In this document: piece after piece, positions 46,601 to 54,146 of the stretch
Numbering within the stretch: position 1 is the stretch's first letter
Layout of the letters: each line of letters starts with the position of its first letter
Notes under the pieces: generated by a model
Seen by the model: only the letters and a program-made list of their open reading frames with translations
What the model was told of the DNA's origin: nothing
Databases searched by the model: none
Source of the DNA: Oligoflexales bacterium
Lineage (GTDB): Bacteria > Bdellovibrionota_B > Oligoflexia > Oligoflexales > CAIYRB01
Assembly: GCA_041736175.1 (NCBI GenBank)
Contig: JBGSUI010000191.1
Span: 62,714 to 126,713, forward strand
Reading direction: 5' to 3'
DNA: 64,000 nt
Made by a program: the position numbers and the translations under genes

Positions 46601-46810
46601 CTGGAAAGCACTCAGGTCTTTTGAAAAAGATCCATAGCTGAGGCTCCCGAGTGAGACCTTGTCGGTGGGGTCCCAGTTGAGGTCTTCAAGGGGGTGTTGA
46701 AATCCGTTCATCCCGTAGGCTGTGAAAGCACCAGGGAGTTGCATGATACAAACCGTTAAAAATCCTCGAGGCCAGAACCCTACGGAACGTCGTGCCACCT
46801 TTATTTCCAT
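43673..46810 (-). CDS. Fusion: M4/M36-like gluzincin metallopeptidase, internal TM/sorting segment, degenerate polysaccharide-deacetylase-like domain
   Basis: NNALF, HEMGH (45611-45625), EGLSDY; SCSTISGG-TM-RLLTRRLR; second hydrophobic segment ending AFA; C-terminal alpha/beta domain. Confidence 0.8.
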   Translation of the reverse strand: MEIKVARRSVGFWPRGFLTVCIMQLPGAFTAYGMNGFQHPLEDLNWDPTDKVSLGSLSYGSFSKDLSAFQRLLQRSSLKGFGEGSKSFLREQGVHPLIEIRTQRVSAGAALGLAPKGQGLDTGGESYDFRFYLKGVPLCDFHARSHLLSDGSGFLTGDVPTVHGYDPDLLATQDTSGSWPDLETAQQRIKDSLFSDQFTDDAASFYRPERCFFIKDQRLIPVWRQLVRWGGAPYQVLANHNDVFKMEPQFFTVDGKATSYGHNKTTPATTERALIGLVGDGTLTTEWLKTVVPDGFPKAKEPSHVFSYAPTDRKIEEVTAFANAQDHLRWFQNLGFQWYGPKPLEVRIHIKPQNKANNALFEPGDETANTPPTITIDDGDGVELQNLVTDGDVVSHEMGHHIIFRTLKSVSDQSLVLHEGLSDYFVFARTGDPCLGETICPADSGQCMQPGKCLRSAANRLVFNDANWQAFSGTRTKQLGHLHGQLISGMMWDMRSSNQISNDDLARLTLKAVSLFAETSSFCQFIRALYAADKDMFAGKYFELIKFVGGERGLGEFTDPTKECPAGSLPRDQAKALQTTEKKEKKDTGVSCSTISGGTLPPGGSPWSLFVVLGSPILMLFSLRLLTRRLRPIESHPIKIGIFILIVAAEMGGVTEPTQAFAAEKPAPVTPKGSTHTKPSKSHASATSPRPFQPDASVTLSILVQWGGRAINPEDIAAVESLRTQYPQFEIVHLISPAYFLRSSKETQETAAILGRLVRPNDYYGLNLGGWKSLVTQAGVIFRSSPTFWGSSLTLGECRVDCGGDIPLHVYPEADLQKIMDFALKTMETKVLGRPKAMVVTGWVASGALSDLATKHGLTYDFSPVPPEVLEKQFSYYPVYEWVKDLWSQVTPMTSPFFRTTANGRLYQYPQSLGGVDHQPFGTLVQHLEKALLQWPSTPSDGSSGSGAVATKNLIVPIVIYLETAETTAPRVAQELGDLINLAQKNKVRVLKQTFGDLVIPLPSALVVAKADLKEPIAEAAAPPLKTPPVPVSEQKSTADDVKAH

Positions 46811-46908
46811 CAGGGATTCCTTATATCCATGAAAGGCGTGGACTTAGGGCCCACCCTTTCGTGTTATGACCCGACCCAAACCGCCGGGCTACCGCAAAGA
46901 CATAGGTC

Positions 46909-46936
46909 TTATCGGCTCATTTGGACGGTTTCATGA
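46909..46936 (-). promoter_or_regulatory. Putative sigma-28-type promoter
   Basis: TCAT-N16-GCCGATAA (perfect -10) about 100 nt upstream of the peptidase gene. Confidence 0.55.
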
Positions 46937-47068
46937 GTTTTGGAGAGATCGGCTTTAATGGGATGGAAACATTAAGAAATAATTGATACTAACGGGGGTC
47001 TTTGGAGTCTTCTGGCCAGTTTTAGGGAGGCAGCAGGAGAGATCGCCCATTGAGGAATAAATTAAACT

Positions 47069-48565
47069 CTAAAGAGTGACCCCTTCACCCAAGGCCTGGA
47101 GTCGGTACCACTCGGTTTGCAGCTCCCGTATGGTTCCGTAGAGGCTTTGGAGGCTGCGTAGCCTCTCGTTCGCCGCGGTGGTGACGGTGATGATATCGAT
47201 GGCACCGGCTCGGTAGAGCTGGAGCCTCGCCTGGTAGAGGGATTCGGCCTGGGAAAAGGTAAGCTTTTTCTGGACAAAGAGCTGTCCAAGTCGGGAGAGT
47301 CGGTCCACACCTCGCTGGTAGCCGATCGCAAGGCCTCTGTTAGTCTCCTGTTGTTGTGACTCAAGAAAAGCCCGTTGTTTAGCGGTCTCTTCGATCTTGA
47401 TATGTTTGCCGTGATCCCAGAGGGTCCAATTGAGGTCGAGCCGCGCCGTGAGCGCTGTACTTCTGTCTCGACCTAAGGCGGGGTTGTTGGCTGGTGTGGT
47501 CGTGGTGTCTCTTGCCGACTCCTCAAAGGAGAGGTTGAAATCGAGACTGGGAAGCCAACGGTCCCGACGGTCTTTTTGGAGTTCCAGGTCTTTTTGTTGG
47601 ATGCCAAGGCGCTGGACGGTCAGATCAAAAGAGTTCTTTAGGGAGTCTTTAGGAGAGTCTTTAGGGGTGTTTTTTTGAGGAGACTCGACCCATTTTTCTG
47701 CGGGCCATGGCAGTGCTCTCGCTCTGAGGGGAGCAAGGATCTCAATAAGATATTGTTTTGATTGAGACTCCACCAAAAGCTCCCCTTCGAGCTGGCTTAA
47801 GGTCTGATCCAGTTGGATCTCTGCGGCAGCGATCTGGTTGGTGGCCTCGCTGTTTTGCATTTGGCTCTGCATCAGGTCGATTTTTCCCGCTTGCCCCGCT
47901 TGGACTTTCTGGCGGGATAATTCCAAGATCTCCGATGAATTTTTTAGACTCTCCTTGGTGATCTCAAGGTCGATGGCTGCTTGGTTATAGGCTAGGGCCG
48001 CGAGACGGATTTTCCATTCTATGGTTTTTCGTTTTTTCAGGTTTTCAACCTCAGCTGATTGGACCCCAAGCTCCTGGATTTTTACGGCGAGACTGTCTTG
48101 GCCTCCACGCCAAAGGTTTTGTCTGACGGAGACACCCCAGGAGTCGCTGCGGGTCTCGGTCTTGATGGGGCCTGGATCCGCGGAGGTTTGACCCATCCCT
48201 GCTGAGGCGCTTGCCACAGGCCAAAAGGCGCCTTTAGATCTATCGAGAGCGAGTTGGCTCTCCTCAAGCTTGATCTGTTGTCCGGCTAACCCCGGATGGT
48301 TTTGGGAGGCCAGGGAGACCAGTTGGTCCACAGCCGTCTCGGCTGGAGAGAGAGGGTGCGGTGGTTGACCAGAGTTAGGAGTTGCCTTGGCGGGGTTGGG
48401 GCGGTCAAGGCCAAGGATGGTTTCTAGCGGTATCGGTGGCACTTGCGGGGCTGCTGCCAAAGACCGTGGATCAAAGATCAGTAAGAGGATCGAGACGAGC
48501 ATTTTTTTCACCGCGGTATTGGGATCATTTTGCTGGGAGATGCTACTCACTGCGTAAGGCCTCAC
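47069..48565 (-). CDS. tolC: TolC-family outer-membrane efflux protein
   Basis: Two OEP repeats (WP.....A, QNLWRGG; WLPSLDF, WTLWD.G), downstream of macAB. Start uncertain. Confidence 0.85.
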   Translation of the reverse strand: MRPYAVSSISQQNDPNTAVKKMLVSILLLIFDPRSLAAAPQVPPIPLETILGLDRPNPAKATPNSGQPPHPLSPAETAVDQLVSLASQNHPGLAGQQIKLEESQLALDRSKGAFWPVASASAGMGQTSADPGPIKTETRSDSWGVSVRQNLWRGGQDSLAVKIQELGVQSAEVENLKKRKTIEWKIRLAALAYNQAAIDLEITKESLKNSSEILELSRQKVQAGQAGKIDLMQSQMQNSEATNQIAAAEIQLDQTLSQLEGELLVESQSKQYLIEILAPLRARALPWPAEKWVESPQKNTPKDSPKDSLKNSFDLTVQRLGIQQKDLELQKDRRDRWLPSLDFNLSFEESARDTTTTPANNPALGRDRSTALTARLDLNWTLWDHGKHIKIEETAKQRAFLESQQQETNRGLAIGYQRGVDRLSRLGQLFVQKKLTFSQAESLYQARLQLYRAGAIDIITVTTAANERLRSLQSLYGTIRELQTEWYRLQALGEGVTL

Positions 48566-50666
48566 TTGGATCCATCCTTGCTGCTTTAAGGGCAGGCATC
48601 ATCCCAAAGGTCAGACCACAGCCTAAAGCTGTGGCTAAGCCGGCGAGGAGCCCGATGGGATCAATCAAAAGTTGGTTTGGGATATACTGGGGGACAAACA
48701 TATGGCCAACGATCGCCACAGCATTGCAAAAAAGGGCACCACCTAGGGCCCCCGCGAGACCCGAGATCGTGCATAAAAACATACATTCCAGGAGAAACTG
48801 CCGGGTGATATCCCGACCACTCGCTCCCACAGCTTTACGAAGCCCGATCTCTTTAATCCTCTCGGCGATCGTGACCAACATGATATTCATGATCCCGATA
48901 CCTCCCACAAGGATGCATAAGGACCCAATCAGTGCGGTCAAACCTTGAAAGATCGTCACAAAAATCATGATTTTTGCTATAAACTCTTCCGGGACATGGG
49001 CCCTAAAGGGATACCTAAGACCATAGCGCATGGTCAAAAACTGGGTCACACTGTCCGCAAGCCAGCGGTGCTCGACTCCCTTAAAGGGGGCAGCGTTGAT
49101 CCAGTTGGATTTTTTAAGACCGGTGTAGTGGGAAAAGGTGGCACGGGTGATCAAGACCTGGGAGTTGGCTCCTTGGGTATTAAAGGGATTGTCCCGGTGT
49201 TTGAGAACACCGACGATGGTAAGGGTGGTTTCAAGCACTCCACGGACAGCGATTTTTTCGCCTATGGGAAAGTGGGGATTTCTAAGCCGGCTGCTGGAGT
49301 TTTTAGGAAACATCTCGTCCGCAAAGTCTGCACCGACCAGAGCCATCTGGCCGCCCTTGGCGTATTCGTGAGGCGCAAAAGCCCTGCCCGACTTAAGCTG
49401 AAAGTTTGCCGTTATATAGTCGTTGATATTGTAGACCGTCTCTAGGCGAGAGTTGATGGCACGCCCCAAGGCGTAGACCTTGATGTCACTCCCCTCAGAC
49501 CCCGGCAAAATATGGGCATAGGAGGCAAAGGTTTTTTGGAGGACTGGAAGTTCTTTTTCCACATCGATACCGGGAAACCAATTGCCCCCCGATCGCATGA
49601 TGCTGCGGTAGTCGGCACTAAAAAAGATCCGGTCACCACCTGCTTGGTTAAAGATCCCAAGGATCACGTCCCGGGCACCATTGCCGAGGGTGATCATCGT
49701 CGTGATCGCCCCTACGCCGATGGTGAGTCCTAAAGAGGTTAAAAAAGTCCTCAGCTTTGACGAAGTCAGGGACTGAAAGGCGGCAAAGAGGGGGGCGATC
49801 AGCCACTTAAACCGGCGAATGATCTCAGAGGGAATCCAGCTGGTTGGGGGAGGTGGGTTGGGGCTACCTAGGAGTGGGTCTGGGTCTTGTTTGATCGGTT
49901 CTCGTTTTTCCTGGCTACGACGGGGTAAACCAGGCTGAATTTCGTCTTGGACGATGCGCCCATCGCTCATGGCGATGCGCCTGCGGGCGACTTTGGTCAC
50001 ATCCGGGTCATGGGTGATCATGATCACGGTACGCCCCTCAGCGTGGAGATCAGCGAAGAGTTCCAAGACTTCCTGGGAGGTGCGGGAATCCAGAGCACCT
50101 GTAGGCTCGTCGGCCAGGAGGATTTTGGGATCCAAAAGGAGGGCCCGGGCTATGGCGGTACGCTGTTTTTGTCCACCGCTGAGAGTCGGCGGGTATTTTT
50201 TGGCTTGGTCTTCGATCCCAAGGCGCCTGAGGAGTGCCATGGCTTTCCCTGAGAGTTTGTCAAACTCATCGGGGTTTGGCCGCGGAGTCATATAGGAGAT
50301 GGGGAGTAGGACGTTTTCTAAGACCGACAACCGAGGCAGCAAATGGAACTGTTGGAAGATAAATCCAATCTCTTGGTTTCTAAGGGCCGCCAGCTGGTCT
50401 GAGGAGAGATCATGGGTCGGGGTCCCGGCAAGGCTCATGGTGCCCTGTTGGCAGGTGGCAAGGGTCCCAATAAGATTCATCAGGGTCGACTTGCCAGATC
50501 CAGAGCTGCCGGTGATTGCCACAAACTCACCTTTGTTGATCACTAAATCGATATCAAAGAGGGCTTGGAACTTGACCCCTGCGCTCTCGTAAAAATAGTT
50601 TAGCTTGCGCATCTCTAAGACGATCTCGGTCCCGTCGCTTTTATGGTTTTCAGGGTGGAAACTCAT
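48543..50666 (-). CDS. macB: MacB-family ABC transporter (fused ATPase and permease)
   Basis: GSSGSGKS, LSGGQKQR, ADEPTGALD, ITHD; RTFLTSLG, VGGIGIMNIMLV..ERIKEIGLRKAVGA, DPSEALR.E. Confidence 0.95.
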   Translation of the reverse strand: MSFHPENHKSDGTEIVLEMRKLNYFYESAGVKFQALFDIDLVINKGEFVAITGSSGSGKSTLMNLIGTLATCQQGTMSLAGTPTHDLSSDQLAALRNQEIGFIFQQFHLLPRLSVLENVLLPISYMTPRPNPDEFDKLSGKAMALLRRLGIEDQAKKYPPTLSGGQKQRTAIARALLLDPKILLADEPTGALDSRTSQEVLELFADLHAEGRTVIMITHDPDVTKVARRRIAMSDGRIVQDEIQPGLPRRSQEKREPIKQDPDPLLGSPNPPPPTSWIPSEIIRRFKWLIAPLFAAFQSLTSSKLRTFLTSLGLTIGVGAITTMITLGNGARDVILGIFNQAGGDRIFFSADYRSIMRSGGNWFPGIDVEKELPVLQKTFASYAHILPGSEGSDIKVYALGRAINSRLETVYNINDYITANFQLKSGRAFAPHEYAKGGQMALVGADFADEMFPKNSSSRLRNPHFPIGEKIAVRGVLETTLTIVGVLKHRDNPFNTQGANSQVLITRATFSHYTGLKKSNWINAAPFKGVEHRWLADSVTQFLTMRYGLRYPFRAHVPEEFIAKIMIFVTIFQGLTALIGSLCILVGGIGIMNIMLVTIAERIKEIGLRKAVGASGRDITRQFLLECMFLCTISGLAGALGGALFCNAVAIVGHMFVPQYIPNQLLIDPIGLLAGLATALGCGLTFGMMPALKAARMDPSEALRSE

Positions 50667-50672
50667 GGGGGG

Positions 50673-51914
50673 TTATCTCCCTTTACCCAGTTTGCCGCGC
50701 ATAAAGTTGGTGGACTTTGGGCTTTTTGCAGACATCCCTCGTCCAAACACATCAAGAGTAGAAAAGTCTAGCTCAAGGACCGAGTCCCCTTCGTTGAGTC
50801 CACTCAGGATCTCCACCTCGGTCTCAGTGACGACACCGACGGTCACTGGCTGCTCCACATAGCCTAAGGGGCTACTGGAATCTTTAATCCGCACAAAGGC
50901 CCGGTCTGGGAAGACTGCCACCGCGGAGACCGGCAGAGTAAGGGTGTTTTCACGGGATGCAAAGATCAGCTCGACCGTGGCATTCATCTCCGGCAGCACT
51001 CTCGGGTCCTTTTGGTCGAGGGTGACATAAACATCAAAATAGGTGTAATCGGCCTTAGTATCCGTGCGTCCTTGGCCTCCGATCTGGCTGACGTGGCCTT
51101 CAAATTTGACTTCGGGATAGGCATCCAATCGGACTTTAACAGGGAGGTCTTTTTTTACAAACCGAAGGTCAGCCTCCATAACCCTCGTCCTGACGAGGAG
51201 CGAGCTCATATCGGCCACCACAAGGACCATCCGCGACGCAGTGCCTGCATCTGCACCGCCGCCACCTAAGACAAAGTCTCCGGGGCGTTTATCGATCAAG
51301 GTGATGATCCCATCGATAGGGGATTCAACAAACACGATGGATGAATTGGGGGGGTGGTTGGTTTTTTGAGATGGCTTTTCGACTGGTCGATGGTTTTTAT
51401 CTAATCCTAGTTCTGTTTCTAAAACCCGGAGGCGATCTTGGGCAAGCTTGAGCTCAAGCTGGAGTTTAGCAAGCTCGTTTTCTTCTTTAGAGTAAACTTC
51501 GTTGCCTAGGAGTTCTCGGACCGGAGCTTTATCTTTAAGCCTTTGGTTTTGGTTTGCCACTTCCAAGCGGAGTCGGTCCACTTCGCCCCGTTTTTGGATC
51601 AGCTCCGATTGGCCTTCCGCTTCGAGTTTCATACTAAATAGCTTGGCTCCCTGGGCGACCTGGGCTCCCTCTTTGACAAAGATCTCGATGATGCGGCCCG
51701 ACTGCCGTGGGGTGATCACCATCGAGGTGGTAGGCACAAATTTCCCAGAAATTTCACTGGTGTGGTTGACCGTCTTGCGAACCACGACCACCTGCTGCTG
51801 GGTCATTCGGTCGCCACCTTGGAGTTTGGTCCATAGAAAATAACCGGCTGAAATAACCAGAAAAAAGAGTGGAATGCCCACTCCGTAAATCGCCTTTTTA
51901 GACCGTCTGGACAA
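50673..51914 (-). CDS. macA: MacA-family periplasmic adaptor
   Basis: N-terminal TM, SGRI.EIFVKEG, SPIDG, EADL...V.LDAYP, LP.SAV, EILSGL.EGD. Confidence 0.92.
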   Translation of the reverse strand: MSRRSKKAIYGVGIPLFFLVISAGYFLWTKLQGGDRMTQQQVVVVRKTVNHTSEISGKFVPTTSMVITPRQSGRIIEIFVKEGAQVAQGAKLFSMKLEAEGQSELIQKRGEVDRLRLEVANQNQRLKDKAPVRELLGNEVYSKEENELAKLQLELKLAQDRLRVLETELGLDKNHRPVEKPSQKTNHPPNSSIVFVESPIDGIITLIDKRPGDFVLGGGGADAGTASRMVLVVADMSSLLVRTRVMEADLRFVKKDLPVKVRLDAYPEVKFEGHVSQIGGQGRTDTKADYTYFDVYVTLDQKDPRVLPEMNATVELIFASRENTLTLPVSAVAVFPDRAFVRIKDSSSPLGYVEQPVTVGVVTETEVEILSGLNEGDSVLELDFSTLDVFGRGMSAKSPKSTNFMRGKLGKGR

Positions 51915-52083
51915 TGGAGTCCCTCCCCTTAATGAGCATCGATTTGAACCCTACCGCCTTTCCGGCTCTTGGTATATAAACCAAAAAGCTGTTGGTTACC
52001 AGCGAACTTCTGGCGCAGAGCCTCTCTTTTGGACTATAATGGAACTCAGATGAGATTAAGCAAAGTTTACCAAAAGCAGAGCC

Positions 52084-53070
52084 ATGGCAACTCCTCCTCC
52101 CCCTCGTAAAAAGTCTCCGTGGGCCAAGCAAGAAGCCTTGGTGGTCAGCGATAGCACTAATATCCACATGATGCTTCGAGAGTTAATAAGACCCTATAGC
52201 TGGAAAGTGATCGATAACACCTCTTCCATCGTCGACTGTATGGAACGTGTCAGCTCGGGAGCCGTGTCTCTTGTGATCATCGATGACTCGCAGAATCTAC
52301 CGGCCATCCGGACGATCCGGGCAATGACGACCGAAACCATGGGAATTCTAACACCAGTTTTGGCTATGTTAAGCGAAAGCAGCAAAAATGAGATTTTGGC
52401 CATTAAGCAGCTAGGTCGTCCTGAGATCATCGAGAAACCTCTGACTCCCTCTAAGTTTGTCCCAGGATTTGTCAACTTGATTAAAGCCTGGGAAAAAGAG
52501 CCTTTCCTGTCGCTACGATACGCAGCTCTAGAATTTATGGAAGGCAACGGTGCCAGCGGTGTTCGGATGTTGAGTTCTCAGCTTGAAAACAAAGAAATCT
52601 ATTCCTTTGCTGCCAGGGCACTGGCTTTGAAATTCCGTGCTGCAGGTCGCCTAAAGGATGCTGAGGCCTTGCTCCTGGCCTCCTTTAAAAGAAATCCTCG
52701 CAATATCGCCTTAATCTTTAGCCTCGCCGACCTCTATAACGCAGCGGCGATGCCCCATCTTGCCAAAAAGTTTTTGCTGATGGCTCGTAATAGCTACCTT
52801 TCTTCCCTGTGTATGATCCCTGATCTCGTCCAGACGACGATTAATCTGGGCCAGTTGGACGAGGCGATACGGCATCTTATGTCCCTACACCATAGCGGAC
52901 ATATGGATGAGACATCGATGACCTACCTTGCACGGCTTCTGTGGGCAGAGGGGCGCGAAGAGGAATCCGAAAGGATTTTAGGAGGCAATCGCAATCTCTA
53001 TAAAAAATTAGTACAGTCCTGGCAGGCGGCTGAATCTGCGCCCCTGAATAACTCAAGTCTAGCCTCATGA
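52084..53070 (+). CDS. Receiver-like domain plus TPR protein
   Basis: ALVVSD, LVIIDD and EKPLT receiver pattern followed by TPR-like helices; ATGA overlap with the next gene. Confidence 0.7.
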   Translation: MATPPPPRKKSPWAKQEALVVSDSTNIHMMLRELIRPYSWKVIDNTSSIVDCMERVSSGAVSLVIIDDSQNLPAIRTIRAMTTETMGILTPVLAMLSESSKNEILAIKQLGRPEIIEKPLTPSKFVPGFVNLIKAWEKEPFLSLRYAALEFMEGNGASGVRMLSSQLENKEIYSFAARALALKFRAAGRLKDAEALLLASFKRNPRNIALIFSLADLYNAAAMPHLAKKFLLMARNSYLSSLCMIPDLVQTTINLGQLDEAIRHLMSLHHSGHMDETSMTYLARLLWAEGREEESERILGGNRNLYKKLVQSWQAAESAPLNNSSLAS

Positions 53071-54116
53071 ATGACTATCTACAGTTTTGGCAAGTGGAGC
53101 AGTCGATTTTTTTGGGCGAACTTTCCGAGTCCGAGATCTTTAGGACCCACGGACTAGACCATGGAATTCCTCGACTCCTCCATTTTGCCAAAGAAAATTT
53201 CCCTTCGGTGATCCTGCTGATCGGTCAAGCGGGCACGGGCAAAACTAGTTTTTTAAAATGGCTGATCCACAACCTCAGCGCCGACACCCATGATCTTTTT
53301 TACATCCCGGTCCTTGGACGAGAGACCCAAAAGGGATGGCTTATCCGCCGAGTGGCTCATTATTTAGGGGTTCAGGAAAAAGGCTCAGGCAATCTCCAGG
53401 AACTTATGGCTAAGGCTGCCGCAAAACTCGATCAATTGGTCCAAGAAAAAAGGCGGCTTCTGGTCCTGGTAGACGATGCTCAGTGGGTAGGGACTGATGA
53501 AGCCATGGCAGATTTTAGCGTCTTTCTAAACCTTCAGTCCCTAGGCGCCCGGTGTCTCTCCTTTGTGATTGCCGGGGACCAGACCTTTGACGCCAAGCTC
53601 AGCGAGCAGTCCAGTATCGTGAGTAAAGTGGTGATGCGCCTCGAACTCAAGCCCTTGGATCTGGGCGAAACCATGGCCTATATCCGCTATCGCTGTGAAC
53701 GAGCCGGTTGTCCCCCGATGTTTTCTCCTGAGGCTGCCCAAGAGATTTTTGCAAAGACTCGTGGAGTTCCTGGTTTGGTTAATATACTCGCAGAAAACTG
53801 CCTTTTCGAAGCTTTTCAACAAGGGAGCAAAGAGATCGATCAGTCGCTGGTCCAAAGGGCTTTGGCCCATGTGTCGTTTTTTGGAGCCCTTAAGGAGAGC
53901 CTCCAGGTCGCCCCTGAGATCCCGATGTTAGATCTGAAAAGGCGGGTCACAGAATCTTCCCCGGCGCTTCCCCCGCCTCCCGATCCACTAGCGCAACGCC
54001 CGGCGACCATAGAGGAACCATTAAAAATCACAAAACCCAATTTAGATCAGCACAAAGAACCGCCCATTTTGCTGAGTTCACTCTTTAAGTCCGACCCCAA
54101 ACCGGGTAAAACCTAG
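53067..54116 (+). CDS. ExeA/GspA-family AAA ATPase
   Basis: Walker A GQAGTGKT, Walker B LVLVDDAQ, ET..YI.YR...AG, TRGVPGLVN. Confidence 0.87.
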   Translation: MNDYLQFWQVEQSIFLGELSESEIFRTHGLDHGIPRLLHFAKENFPSVILLIGQAGTGKTSFLKWLIHNLSADTHDLFYIPVLGRETQKGWLIRRVAHYLGVQEKGSGNLQELMAKAAAKLDQLVQEKRRLLVLVDDAQWVGTDEAMADFSVFLNLQSLGARCLSFVIAGDQTFDAKLSEQSSIVSKVVMRLELKPLDLGETMAYIRYRCERAGCPPMFSPEAAQEIFAKTRGVPGLVNILAENCLFEAFQQGSKEIDQSLVQRALAHVSFFGALKESLQVAPEIPMLDLKRRVTESSPALPPPPDPLAQRPATIEEPLKITKPNLDQHKEPPILLSSLFKSDPKPGKT

Positions 54117-54146
54117 TCATGGGGGAGGTACAGACAAGAATCGACT

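Noticed and set aside
47069..51914. MacAB-TolC as dedicated exporter of the small peptides
   Set aside because: More than 10 kb away with unrelated genes between; nothing in the sequence links them.
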